Virus record (IMG/VR): IMGVR_UViG_3300025132_000127
Location: 1-36,016 of that record
Length of the DNA: 36,016 bases
Direction: 5' to 3' (one strand)
Source of the DNA: a virus
Lineage: Duplodnaviria; Caudoviricetes
The notes under the pieces are model-generated. The model did no database searches and was not told the DNA's origin. It was given only the letters and a program-made list of their open reading frames with translations. Below, piece after piece: positions 1 to 8,869 of this stretch (positions within the stretch are counted from its first letter, which is position 1; each line of letters opens with the position of its first letter). The translations under genes and the position numbers were made by a program.

Positions 1-229
1 GATAGCTGCGAACGAGGGTCCGGTATTCCGAATAGGGTGCCCGACCTTTCCCCGCTCCGGTTAAGGCCCGCTGGCGGGACGAAATTATCAGCTCGCCCAA
101 TTTGGGCGGGGGGACGCGACAGGGGCGCGGGAGTATAAAGCGAGATCAAATCAGCTCGCATGGCTGGCCCGCTATAATGCCATGTCGCACGGCAAGCGAA
201 CGACTGACCGAAGTGCAATCGGCTTCCCG

Positions 230-264
230 CCTCCTGTAGTTCTCTTTTGGGGGACTATAGGGGG
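230..264 (+). other. Long stem-loop in the non-coding leader region
   Basis: CCTCCTGTAGTTCTCT pairs with GGGGGACTATAGGGGG over about 16 bp. Several G-U pairs work only on the + strand. Confidence 0.6.
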
Positions 265-385
265 CCTACGTCTGCTCACTCTCTCACTCAATGCAATAGG
301 GTGACTCGCGATGGAATAGCAACCAGTCACTGCACCGCCGAGCCTGACGAGGTGGGGTAGATCAGACTTACAACAAAAATACACC

Positions 386-419
386 TTGACACTCAGGACC
401 AAATTAAATCAAATAGCCT
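386..419 (+). promoter_or_regulatory. Possible promoter for the replication operon
   Basis: Perfect TTGACA at 386-391 followed by AT-rich sequence, about 75 nt upstream of the first gene. No good -10 hexamer at canonical spacing. Confidence 0.3.
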
Positions 420-465
420 TGTTCCCTTGCAGGGAGCACAAACTAAAACGACAGAAAAAAATTGT

Positions 466-915
466 ATGTCACTACAAGCAAACGTAAAGATAGGAGAAGC
501 CATCACCATAAGTGTTGGCGGCTCAAATATGGTGGAACTCATTAAAGGTTGCGCCAAGGTCGCGGGATTCCCACAGAAGTGCGGGCACTGCGGATCGAGT
601 AATTTATCCTTCATGCATCGCGCCGCTGGGGATCGAAAGCAATACAGCTACTTCCACCTAAAGTGCAACGACTGCGGAGCGCAATGCGACATCGGTCAGA
701 ATCAGGGAGAGAATGTTGGAGATGTTTTCTTCAAGTTTGATCCGAACCGAGGCCGAAAAGAAAGCGGCTTGCCCGAACTCGTAGATGTAAAGGATTCCTT
801 CTACAAATATTGGGAACAGCCTAAGTCGGGTGGCGGCGGGAATACCTTGCAACCATCGCAACCATCGCAAACTCAAAACGCCGAACCAGATACCGACGAT
901 GACATCCCCTTCTAA
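466..915 (+). CDS. Zn-ribbon protein with SSB-like acidic tail (putative ssDNA-binding protein)
   Basis: CGHC...CNDC Zn motif, Gly/Gln/Pro linker and C-terminal DDDIPF. First gene of the replication operon. ATG at 466 follows an A-rich leader and is preferred over TTG at 427. Confidence 0.7.
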   Translation: MSLQANVKIGEAITISVGGSNMVELIKGCAKVAGFPQKCGHCGSSNLSFMHRAAGDRKQYSYFHLKCNDCGAQCDIGQNQGENVGDVFFKFDPNRGRKESGLPELVDVKDSFYKYWEQPKSGGGGNTLQPSQPSQTQNAEPDTDDDIPF

Positions 916-1186
916 GAATGCAACGCTGGCTGGATTTGACGCTGGAGACCTACTTTTTATGGACGGCTACGACGATTGCATCGTCGGCGTTGTCGAGAGA
1001 TTTGGGCAACCTCCCATCTTATGCTACGACAAAGAATTAGTCCTACTCCAGATAGCAAAGGATAGCGGAATGTCCGAGGCTGATGCAGAGGAGTGGTTCG
1101 AATATAACCAGATCGGAGCGTGGATGGGGGAGTCTACTCCCTGCTTCATTAACCTCGGAAATCCAACAAAGAAAAATGAAAGATAA
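899..1186 (+). CDS. Conserved phage hypothetical protein (DGYDDCIVGV...EWFEYNQIGAWMGESTP type)
   Basis: Recognisable motif of a widespread small phage protein. ATG at 899 overlaps the end of the upstream gene. Confidence 0.7.
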   Translation: MTSPSKNATLAGFDAGDLLFMDGYDDCIVGVVERFGQPPILCYDKELVLLQIAKDSGMSEADAEEWFEYNQIGAWMGESTPCFINLGNPTKKNER

Positions 1187-1292
1187 GGATCGTGATTTTT
1201 TTGAGACAGTAGTATTCGCTTGCACGGTCTTGCTCACTGTCTTTGTCTCAGGCTTGGGATTTTACAAAATAATCCAGTTCCTTCTGAGATGA
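1176..1292 (+). CDS. Small membrane protein (38 aa)
   Basis: MKDKDRDFFETVVFACTVLLTVFVSGLGFYKIIQFLLR has one TM segment. It fills the gap and overlaps the next gene by ATGA. Confidence 0.55.
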   Translation: MKDKDRDFFETVVFACTVLLTVFVSGLGFYKIIQFLLR

Positions 1293-1534
1293 AAAAACAG
1301 GCGCTGCGAGAAAAATACAAAGCCATGAAAATAGCTGACTCTCCAATGCAAGTTTGTAAATGCTGTAAGGAGAAAAGCATGAAGAAAGAAATGGAGCCCC
1401 ATCATCCGAAGGGGCGACGCAGCGAAAACCTGTTGAGATATTTTTGGGTCCATCCGCTCTGTCACAGATGGATTCATGACAACCCTACTGAGGCCACCGA
1501 ACGGGGGCTTCTTGAACGTGGCAGAAACACTTAA
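1289..1534 (+). CDS. HNH-like endonuclease
   Basis: CxxC...EPHHPKGR...VHPLCHRWIHDNP.EA.ERGLL, a small phage HNH pattern. Confidence 0.7.
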   Translation: MKKQALREKYKAMKIADSPMQVCKCCKEKSMKKEMEPHHPKGRRSENLLRYFWVHPLCHRWIHDNPTEATERGLLERGRNT

Positions 1535-1546
1535 AGAAAAAACCAA

Positions 1547-1843
1547 ATGAAAAAACCAATAGTAACACTTGAAGACGCCAAAGATGCAGTCGCAGACATT
1601 CTAAAGGAAGCCCGAACACCGATCAGGTTTCGAGGTATTCCGAAGCTCTTAGGGGACATCCAAGAGGAGTTAGCTAACCGCGCAACTGTCCGAGCCCGAG
1701 CGAAGGGAAGGTATGTTGCAGACGATCCCTCAACTCCTGATATTGACGAGTCACGCGAACCTGTAACAGCAAAGTCTAAACGGGCTCGCAAGGCAGCAAC
1801 CCAGAAGAAGGCAGCTAAGAAGGCAGCTAAGCGTAAAAGCTAA
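1547..1843 (+). CDS. Basic protein with ADDPSTPD motif and histone-like Lys/Ala tail
   Basis: RARAKGRYVADDPSTPDIDES phage motif and a KKAAKKAAKRKS tail. Confidence 0.7.
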   Translation: MKKPIVTLEDAKDAVADILKEARTPIRFRGIPKLLGDIQEELANRATVRARAKGRYVADDPSTPDIDESREPVTAKSKRARKAATQKKAAKKAAKRKS

Positions 1844-1865
1844 TAACCCCAAATCGAACATCATC

Positions 1866-2204
1866 ATGGCTAAATATACATCATTCACACCCGAAGACGT
1901 TGCAACCGTCAAGCGGGTCATCGGCCCCAATTGGATGAAATCCAAGGAGCTTGAACAAGGCACCGGATTCAGCGGAGCAAAAATAAGGGCAATCGCCAAT
2001 GGTTCTTGCATGTTGGTAAGCAATACGCAGCAAGGCTATCGCCACGTTGACTACGCAACCGTTGACGAGGTGCAACACTCAATCGCCGATCTCCGCTCTC
2101 GTATCGCTCACATGGCGAAGAGAGCGGGGGCGATGGAGATTCACGTTATAACAAAGAAATTCGGATCAACCTCGCCAGTTCTTGAGCAAGGGTCGTTGCT
2201 ATGA
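1866..2204 (+). CDS. Putative winged-HTH DNA-binding protein
   Basis: KSKELEQGTGFSGAKIRAIAN helix-turn-helix-like segment, a LVSNTQQGY wing and a C-terminal amphipathic helix. ATGA-coupled to the primase gene. Confidence 0.55.
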   Translation: MAKYTSFTPEDVATVKRVIGPNWMKSKELEQGTGFSGAKIRAIANGSCMLVSNTQQGYRHVDYATVDEVQHSIADLRSRIAHMAKRAGAMEIHVITKKFGSTSPVLEQGSLL

Positions 2205-3295
2205 ATAACCATAAGCAACGAAATCACTTTGACACTGCTGAAATAAAGGAGCGACTCACCGTATGGGGGGTGCTCAGGCATTTTGGTTACGAGGTGTCAG
2301 ATGGGAGTGTTAAGGCCCTTTGCCCTATTCACGGGGAGAAGACTCCATCCTTTTCTATTAGCAAGGATGGGAGGCTTTACAAATGCTTCGGATGCGGTGC
2401 CGCTGGCGATGTCATCACCCTCTGGGGTGAGCTGAGTGGATGCGACAAACACACTGCCATCGTTGAGTGTGGCAATCTCGCTGGGTTGCAAGCGGGAGAG
2501 ATTCCCTCAGGATTATCTGTCCCACCTCCACCGAGATCCCAGTTCAGGCAAGACAAGCAACAATCGTCATCGTTCCGAGATAAGATCGGACCATACACCG
2601 AAGAGGTCCGAGGGCAGATGATCGATCAGGCTCTCAGGTTCCTCAGCGAAGGTGACAACGTGTTGACTGAGTTCTGCTCCTACAAAGACATCGATCTGGA
2701 GTTCATGAGGTATCTTGTTGAGTCAAGCATGGTTGGGGTCCTTAAACATCCAGCGCTTCGCCAGCCCGCAATAGGATGGCTCTATGACAATCATTCTTAT
2801 GGCAAGGCGTGCAAGCTGAGGTTTGACGCGAGATCGTCGAAGATGACAATGTGGTGGGAAGGGAAGAGCGCTCAGCATTTCTTTGGCGAGCAACTTGTCC
2901 CTCCGGTCAAGATCGGCAGCGTGCGACCGAGGATAATGGTCGTCGAAGGCGAGTCAGATTGCATCACTATGTTGCAACTTGGAATCCCGGCTCTTGGAGT
3001 TCCGGGGTCCAAAGTTTTGCCTGATCCTCGCATTACTCACGGATTCCTTGCCTATAAAAATGTTGGAGTCTGGTATGACGCCGACACTGCTGGTCGAGAA
3101 GCAACTAAAAAAATGCAGCAACATGTGATAGCACATGCAAGCGGCGTGGAGTCGTTCAGTGGTATCGGCAGCAAGGTTCCTGATGGTATGGACATTGGGG
3201 AGTGCTGGAGCAAATGGGGCGACCGCTTCAAAAAATATGCCGTGGCCGAGCTTGACAGGATGGAAATTTCCAACAAATCTACAACCCTCGATTGA
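2201..3295 (+). CDS. DNA primase (CHC2 zinc finger + TOPRIM)
   Basis: CPIHGEKTPSF...YKCFGCG zinc finger; TOPRIM motifs VVEGESD and WYDADTAG. Confidence 0.9.
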   Translation: MNNHKQRNHFDTAEIKERLTVWGVLRHFGYEVSDGSVKALCPIHGEKTPSFSISKDGRLYKCFGCGAAGDVITLWGELSGCDKHTAIVECGNLAGLQAGEIPSGLSVPPPPRSQFRQDKQQSSSFRDKIGPYTEEVRGQMIDQALRFLSEGDNVLTEFCSYKDIDLEFMRYLVESSMVGVLKHPALRQPAIGWLYDNHSYGKACKLRFDARSSKMTMWWEGKSAQHFFGEQLVPPVKIGSVRPRIMVVEGESDCITMLQLGIPALGVPGSKVLPDPRITHGFLAYKNVGVWYDADTAGREATKKMQQHVIAHASGVESFSGIGSKVPDGMDIGECWSKWGDRFKKYAVAELDRMEISNKSTTLD

Positions 3296-3399
3296 ACGCG
3301 CTTCTCATACAGTTTGAGACCGACTCAGCCATCATGGCCCTCGTTTGGACCGTCTTGCTAATCTCTGTCGCCCTCATGCTGCTGGACGAGTTCAAATAA
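3292..3399 (+). CDS. Small membrane protein (35 aa), absent from the ORF track
   Basis: TTG start overlapping the primase TGA. MNALLIQFETDSAIMALVWTVLLISVALMLLDEFK fills the intergenic gap. Confidence 0.45.
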   Translation: MNALLIQFETDSAIMALVWTVLLISVALMLLDEFK

Positions 3400-3415
3400 A
3401 AACCGAACATCAATT

Positions 3416-4396
3416 ATGTCAGAAAACACTACCCAAGTAGTCCGACCAGATAGTGCATCCCACTGGTATCTGGTTGACCCCGAGAAGGGCGTCGAGTCCT
3501 TCCACACTGTCCCATACGCTGGAAAGCGCGGGAAGAACGGCGAGACACGCAAAACCACTCTGCGCGATGCGCGGAAGGTCAATGCGTTTCCGAGTGTCAC
3601 CAACGTCCTTGGAATTTTGCACAAAGACTTTCTTGAAGCATACAAGGTAAACCAAGCCATACTGGCAGCTCTCACGCTGCCGAAGATCGACGGCGAGAGC
3701 GAAGACGAGTTTGCGAAGAGGGTCGTATTAGACTCTAAGGAACACGCAGCATCCGCTGCCCGCCTTGGCTCTCGTCTGCATGAAGTTGGAGCCGACTACC
3801 TCAAGGGCATCACCTCAAAAGATTCCATCAAGGAAGGGGAGATTGTCGAGGGGAGGAAGCTGGAAGAGGTTGCAATTCCACTCAGAGACCTGATCGAAGA
3901 CATGCTTCCCTCAGGGATGTATACCGACGAAGAGTTCTCCGAGTTTTATGTAGCTCACCCTCTGGGCTTCGCTGGCACATGCGATGGGTTTGTTTGGTTA
4001 GATACCAACAAGCCGTTCATCCAAGAGAAGCTAACGTATGCTGGCTACGGCGAACTCGCGAGCGAGGGCAAGCCCCTGATTGCAATGGCTGACATCAAAA
4101 GCCGTGGCGCCGACACAAAGAAGCCGCTTGTGTATGAGACAGACCTCTTGCAGCTCGGAGCCTATCTGCACGCCGTCCCCACTACGCCGGGGCTTGGTTT
4201 TGCAATGGACCCAAGCAATACCCCAGTGGCCAACATCCTCGTCAACACTCACCCGAAAGCTGGCACGGATGACCGCTGGGAGGCTGAGTTGGTTATCCAT
4301 AAAAAGGAAGACCTCGAAAAGGCGTGGGAAGCATTCAAACATGCTCAGGCCCTCTGGTGCTGGGTGAAAAACTACAATCCAAACGAAGAGAAATAA
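3416..4396 (+). CDS. PD-(D/E)xK (Cas4/RecB-like) phage exonuclease
   Basis: HWY...TTLRDARK...PSVT.VL N-terminus; GFAGTCD...ADIKS...LLQLGAY catalytic motifs. Confidence 0.85.
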   Translation: MSENTTQVVRPDSASHWYLVDPEKGVESFHTVPYAGKRGKNGETRKTTLRDARKVNAFPSVTNVLGILHKDFLEAYKVNQAILAALTLPKIDGESEDEFAKRVVLDSKEHAASAARLGSRLHEVGADYLKGITSKDSIKEGEIVEGRKLEEVAIPLRDLIEDMLPSGMYTDEEFSEFYVAHPLGFAGTCDGFVWLDTNKPFIQEKLTYAGYGELASEGKPLIAMADIKSRGADTKKPLVYETDLLQLGAYLHAVPTTPGLGFAMDPSNTPVANILVNTHPKAGTDDRWEAELVIHKKEDLEKAWEAFKHAQALWCWVKNYNPNEEK

Positions 4397-4400
4397 AAAC

Positions 4401-5432
4401 ATGAACATTAAATCAATTAAAGAACTCGCTGACAAAACTCCCATCGCCGGAGTGCGGGGAACAATCGAAAAGCAATACGCTCCCGCTGATCAGACAGAAA
4501 ACGACCTCAAGTGGTCGCAGCACCGTCAGAGCCTCCTCATCGTTGATGACGAAGGGAACAAGCTCATGGTCACGCTAATGAAGCAGCCCCTCCATATCCT
4601 CGATAACGTAGAAGGACATGAGTTGCAACTGGCCGCTGGCCGAAACGAAAGTGGCGAGTCCAGAGGTCTACTGGTCAACCGCTGGAAGCAGCGAGGGAAA
4701 GAATACGACTCCATCGTTGTGAAGGTTTACCCTGAGGCAACAATTCGTGCCGTTCCTCCAGAGGGGCAGCAGGAGGCCAAGCCCGAGCCTACTCCCGAGC
4801 CGACTCCCGAGCCGACTCCCGGGCCGAAGCCCGAGCCTTCTGGATCGTCTCAGTTCGATAAGGAGTTGCAGCTTATCGCATACGGATACTGCCTGTGCCT
4901 CGACAAATCTGAGGAGATTGTCAACGACCGACCGCTACTCAAGGAAGACCCGGAGAGCGTTCGTGCCATTGCAACAAATCTTTGGATGAGCACCAAGCAC
5001 CACGTTCACACGCTGTCCCCGAATCTTCATGGGGCGCCAAAGACCGTAAGCAAGGGGACAACGGCTCCAACAAAGAAAGCCTCTCGCAAGATGAGCGATG
5101 CCGACCCTGTGATTATAGATCGCTGCATTACTGGTCACAAAATGGCCGAGGAAAATGACTTGAAAGAGAACGCTAAGGCTAAGCTCGACGAGCTTGACTC
5201 AATAATGGATGAGAGGGAATTGTGGGACAAAGCCTACGATCAACTTTTGATCAGCCTCATTACTCCGAGGCTCGACGAAGAAGAGGCTTTACGAAAAGCA
5301 GCCAATGAGGTCTACGACGAGACGAAGAAGATTATCGGAGAGAGCGCTAACATTGAGAAGTATTTCGTAAGCGGCCAAAAGGCTTGGCAAGAAGCCGTGA
5401 CGGATCTTGTCGCCGAGGATAACCAGAGCTAA
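4401..5432 (+). CDS. OB-fold (RPA/SSB-like) protein with Pro-rich linker and helical C-terminal domain
   Basis: IKSIKEL...VRGTIEK...QSLLIVDDEG.KLMVTL resembles RPA-type OB folds. Lies directly after the exonuclease. Confidence 0.55.
   Translation: MNIKSIKELADKTPIAGVRGTIEKQYAPADQTENDLKWSQHRQSLLIVDDEGNKLMVTLMKQPLHILDNVEGHELQLAAGRNESGESRGLLVNRWKQRGKEYDSIVVKVYPEATIRAVPPEGQQEAKPEPTPEPTPEPTPGPKPEPSGSSQFDKELQLIAYGYCLCLDKSEEIVNDRPLLKEDPESVRAIATNLWMSTKHHVHTLSPNLHGAPKTVSKGTTAPTKKASRKMSDADPVIIDRCITGHKMAEENDLKENAKAKLDELDSIMDERELWDKAYDQLLISLITPRLDEEEALRKAANEVYDETKKIIGESANIEKYFVSGQKAWQEAVTDLVAEDNQS
4781..4838 (+). repeat. In-frame 12-bp tandem repeat encoding PEPT/PEP linker
   Basis: cccgagcctact-cccgagccgact-cccgagccgact-cccgggccgaag-cccgagcct. 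Confidence 0.85.
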
Positions 5433-5442
5433 TTAAGTATTC

Positions 5443-6480
5443 ATGAAATCAGAACCGAAAAACGACGAGAAGTATTTTAGACTGGCTAACGCTCCAGAAG
5501 AGCAGCCTCTCGCATTTGATTTACGAGAAGGGAAGCTCTACACCGATAAGCACCAAGACGATGAAGATTCGATCATAGACCTCGACAAGGCGCACTCGGT
5601 TGCGCAAATGCGGTCTACGTTGAACCAGTCTCGCCCGAAGTGGCTCAAAGAATTTTTTGAGCAAATGAACGGGTATGTGTCCCAAGCCTCCGACAAGGCC
5701 GAAATCGACGCCGAGACAGGGCAACTGTCGTTGCATCCCGATATGACGAAGAGCAAACTCAAAGAAGTTTGCGGGAATCTTGCTTGGCTATACGAGGCTC
5801 AATATCGCCAGAACAAAGAGATCCTTCTCTGGATTGGAGAATTGATACTGGACTACATGGCCCGCGCCGTGACGGACATGACGATTGAGGAAGCCATTGA
5901 AGAGCTTGGTCTCCTTGACCGCAGCAACGGGGTCAAGTGGAAGCTAAAGACTCTTGCAAGGTGGCCAGTTGTGGTGCAGCGCATCCCAGCCCCGATTCGA
6001 CAGCTCCCCATCCCGCCAACATACCTCTCCGAGGCTGCTCTATTTGCTCAGCCCGATGACGTAGAGGATAAGATCAAGTTCAACAACTCTCGAGATGCAA
6101 TGCTTGTGGCCGTTAGCGAGAAGCCTGATGTTTGGTCTCGATCAAAGTTTGTGGCGTGCATGAAGGAGCTTCAAGACCACTTTGGAATGGAGCGATCTCG
6201 CAACGAGGGCGTTTCTCAGTTGCAAGAACGCCTGATTGCCTACTACCGATTGCAGCGTGAGGCCGAGGGGACTAATGACATTGGTGCTTTCTACGGGAAT
6301 ATTGGCCTCGACAGGAAGGATGTCTCTCAGTGGATCTACAACATTGAGGCGGCTCTGGTGGACCGGAACCGAATGACAGCCTCGCCAACGGATCAAATAC
6401 CTCGCGGGGACGGCTTAACCCAGACGGCCCGTGAGCGTGTAATGAAAACCTCGGCAGGGAAAGGATACCATCCCAAGTGA
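5443..6480 (+). CDS. Hypothetical DNA-binding protein (LmbU-like W-IG/HTH pattern)
   Basis: LLWIGELILDY...IEEAIEELG...LKTLARW..VVQRIP...R...WSRSKF resembles LmbU-like phage regulators. Coupled to the helicase by GTGA. Confidence 0.5.
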   Translation: MKSEPKNDEKYFRLANAPEEQPLAFDLREGKLYTDKHQDDEDSIIDLDKAHSVAQMRSTLNQSRPKWLKEFFEQMNGYVSQASDKAEIDAETGQLSLHPDMTKSKLKEVCGNLAWLYEAQYRQNKEILLWIGELILDYMARAVTDMTIEEAIEELGLLDRSNGVKWKLKTLARWPVVVQRIPAPIRQLPIPPTYLSEAALFAQPDDVEDKIKFNNSRDAMLVAVSEKPDVWSRSKFVACMKELQDHFGMERSRNEGVSQLQERLIAYYRLQREAEGTNDIGAFYGNIGLDRKDVSQWIYNIEAALVDRNRMTASPTDQIPRGDGLTQTARERVMKTSAGKGYHPK

Positions 6481-7799
6481 GCGACGACAGAAAGAAGGCC
6501 CGAGAGTCTCTTTATGACCTTATCGCCGAGGAGTCTTGGATCAGCCACGGTTGCAACGAACCCAAGTTGCTGGCCGAGCACCACTCGGTCACCGACACCC
6601 TTACTGGTGAACGAAAGGAATTGTGTGAGGCGGTTTATGATCTGGCAGCATCAGGAAAACCCCTGACAAGTGAGTCCTTGCGTTTGCATGGCGCATCCGA
6701 CGAGCTAAGAGGTTTGTTTGAAAAGTTGGCAGGAGTAACCCCGGGGAGCGCCCCAGAAAGCGTCATGGATGTCCTCAGGGATACAGCAGCGAGGCGAGAA
6801 ATTGCTTCAGCGAGTGCAGACGCTTTCTCCAAGGCTACCGAAGGGGCCGACAAGGCGATCATCCCTATCGAGTCGCTTGAGGTTGCTACGAGCCAAGCGA
6901 GACTCCACCTGCAAGGCCACCTCACATCTGGGGGTGTGTCTCACGTTGGAGAGTTGCATGAGCTTATCAACGAGATCCAGTGGCGTGCGCAAAACCCCGG
7001 CTCAATTAAAGGCATGCCGTTTGGATATTTCCAGATCGAGAAGTTTCTCGATGGGTTGCAAGGCTCCAAACTCTACCTCGTTGGAGCGCGTCCCGGAGTA
7101 GGGAAGACCGGATTCGCTGGTCAGCTTGCTGTGAACCTTGTCTCACAGGGTGTGGGATGCATGTTCTTTTCCTGCGAGATGTCAAAAACACAGTTGCAAC
7201 AACGACTCCTCGCAACCTGTTGTGGCGTAAACCCAACGACCTCGCTGCAAGGCGCGTTGGTCAAGAGGGATTTGGAGGCGATCCGAAAGGGGTTGAAAGC
7301 TATGAAGAGTTGGCCTCTCTGGATCGACGATACCGACCGTATCAATGTTGAGCTTTTGCGATCCCGAGCCCGCCGAGCCGTATCCAAGGATGGGGTGAAG
7401 TGCATCATTGTGGACTACATCCAACTTGTCCGAGGCGTCGAGCCCAAGAGTCGCATGTCGAAGAAGGAAGAGGTGGGAGAAGTGTCTGGAGCCCTCAAGG
7501 CGCTTAGCAAAGAGCTGGATGTTCCTGTGATAGCACTGGCCCAGCTCAAGCGGACGGGCAACGCATACGCATCTGCAAGCGCAACGACCGAGCTTCCTAA
7601 ACCAAACCTTGAGTCACTCAAGGAGTCAGGAGATTTGGAACAGGACGCAGACGCTGTTATCTTGCTCCACCGTGACCAAGCCAAGAGTGCAAGCGAGGCA
7701 TGCGCGATTATCGCGAAGAACAGGAGCGGTGGAACCGGAGAGGTCGAACTACAGTTTTTCAACGACACTACATCATTCAAAGAGGTTCCCAAGCTATGA
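6477..7799 (+). CDS. dnaB: Replicative DNA helicase, DnaB family
   Basis: GARPGVGKT (Walker A), FFSCEMS, IIVDYIQL (Walker B), ALAQL.R, LKESGDLEQDAD, IAKNRSG. Confidence 0.97.
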   Translation: MSDDRKKARESLYDLIAEESWISHGCNEPKLLAEHHSVTDTLTGERKELCEAVYDLAASGKPLTSESLRLHGASDELRGLFEKLAGVTPGSAPESVMDVLRDTAARREIASASADAFSKATEGADKAIIPIESLEVATSQARLHLQGHLTSGGVSHVGELHELINEIQWRAQNPGSIKGMPFGYFQIEKFLDGLQGSKLYLVGARPGVGKTGFAGQLAVNLVSQGVGCMFFSCEMSKTQLQQRLLATCCGVNPTTSLQGALVKRDLEAIRKGLKAMKSWPLWIDDTDRINVELLRSRARRAVSKDGVKCIIVDYIQLVRGVEPKSRMSKKEEVGEVSGALKALSKELDVPVIALAQLKRTGNAYASASATTELPKPNLESLKESGDLEQDADAVILLHRDQAKSASEACAIIAKNRSGGTGEVELQFFNDTTSFKEVPKL

Positions 7800-7975
7800 G
7801 CAAAAAAACAAAATTTGGACTGATTGCATCTTTGATATGCGCAATCTTATTTTTTCTTTCTGGAGCGTCCCTCCAGAGGGGGTGGTCACTTTGGACAAGT
7901 GCTATTGCCTCAATAATCGTGGTGCTCTCCGCAATGGCGATTGGTAGCGTAAACGAGGAGGGGGAATCAGAATGA
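7796..7975 (+). CDS. Small two-TM membrane protein (59 aa)
   Basis: Two hydrophobic segments and ATGA overlaps at both ends. Confidence 0.65.
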   Translation: MSKKTKFGLIASLICAILFFLSGASLQRGWSLWTSAIASIIVVLSAMAIGSVNEEGESE

Positions 7976-8391
7976 AAAACGAATGGTTCCAAGTTCCCGA
8001 AGAGCTACACGTTGATCCGGTCATTGCATTCCTTATCAAGCAGAGGAGGCAAGCCTCTGATACATTACGGGAAGCTGACGAGACCTTGAAGAATTACGTT
8101 CTCAGAAACGCGAGAGAGGTTCCAGAAGACCTCCTCCCCGGATTAACTCAGTTGCAATCCGCATCTCTTGATTTCATCGTTAGCTTTTATCTTCAAAGCG
8201 GACAATCTCCTACGTCCAGCGAACTAATGGAATACATGGGTTGGAAGTCAAACAACTCAGCCGTGAATTGCATTTATTCGCTCACGAAAAAAGGCTACAT
8301 ACACAAAACAAAGGGAAGATGGCGCTCTCTGGTTCCCTTGTTCAATTCTAAGCGAGAGAGAGTAAAGCAACAAGGAAACCCTAAAAAATAG
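7972..8391 (+). CDS. LexA-type DNA-binding-domain protein without peptidase domain
   Basis: LTQLQ...LDFI..F....GQSPTSSELMEYMGWKSNNSAV..I.SL.KKGYI....GRWRSL matches the LexA winged-helix pattern. Confidence 0.8.
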   Translation: MKNEWFQVPEELHVDPVIAFLIKQRRQASDTLREADETLKNYVLRNAREVPEDLLPGLTQLQSASLDFIVSFYLQSGQSPTSSELMEYMGWKSNNSAVNCIYSLTKKGYIHKTKGRWRSLVPLFNSKRERVKQQGNPKK

Positions 8392-8396
8392 AAAAT

Positions 8397-8864
8397 ATGA
8401 AAGTCACAATTGAAAAGCAATCCGAGTCAAAAGACTTTGGAGATTTAGCAACTATATGCATCAGAGCATATAGCCCGGAGGAATGTTTCAAACTGGGAAA
8501 AATGGCTAAAGAGTTGCGAGACGAAGGAAATCCGGCTGTATACGGGATGACTCCCCACGGGAAAGAGGGGATGTTCATACGAATCCCGCTCGTTCCTGCT
8601 GCGTCACCAGCTAATAAAAAAGACGGATTGCAAGTTGGTGATCGAATTCGCGTCTTGAGTGGCTCGTCTCACTGTGACCCAACCCACTACGGTCGAGTCG
8701 GTGAAGTGATTGAAATTGAACCGGGAGGCGAATACGATGCAATCGGAGTGCGTTTGCGTCCGGTAGGTAGCATGGTGGGCGGGGAGGAACATTCTCAGCC
8801 AAAAAACTATATCTTTGACCGCCAAGCTCTGGTCCTGTTTGATTGGCGAGACGATGAACTCTAA
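8397..8864 (+). CDS. Hypothetical protein with C-terminal SH3/KOW-like barrel
   Basis: LQVGDRIRVLSG...YGRVGEVIEIE; co-oriented and tightly packed. Confidence 0.6.
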   Translation: MKVTIEKQSESKDFGDLATICIRAYSPEECFKLGKMAKELRDEGNPAVYGMTPHGKEGMFIRIPLVPAASPANKKDGLQVGDRIRVLSGSSHCDPTHYGRVGEVIEIEPGGEYDAIGVRLRPVGSMVGGEEHSQPKNYIFDRQALVLFDWRDDEL

Positions 8865-8869
8865 ACCCA

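Noticed and set aside
344-365. CTGACGA resembling a hammerhead ribozyme core
   Set aside because: No stem II followed by GAAA and no stem III/UH site nearby.
172-402. 76-aa minus-strand ORF containing PPIVPQ
   Set aside because: It has a TTG start and no recognisable domain, and the PPIVP codons are explained by the hairpin at 230-264.
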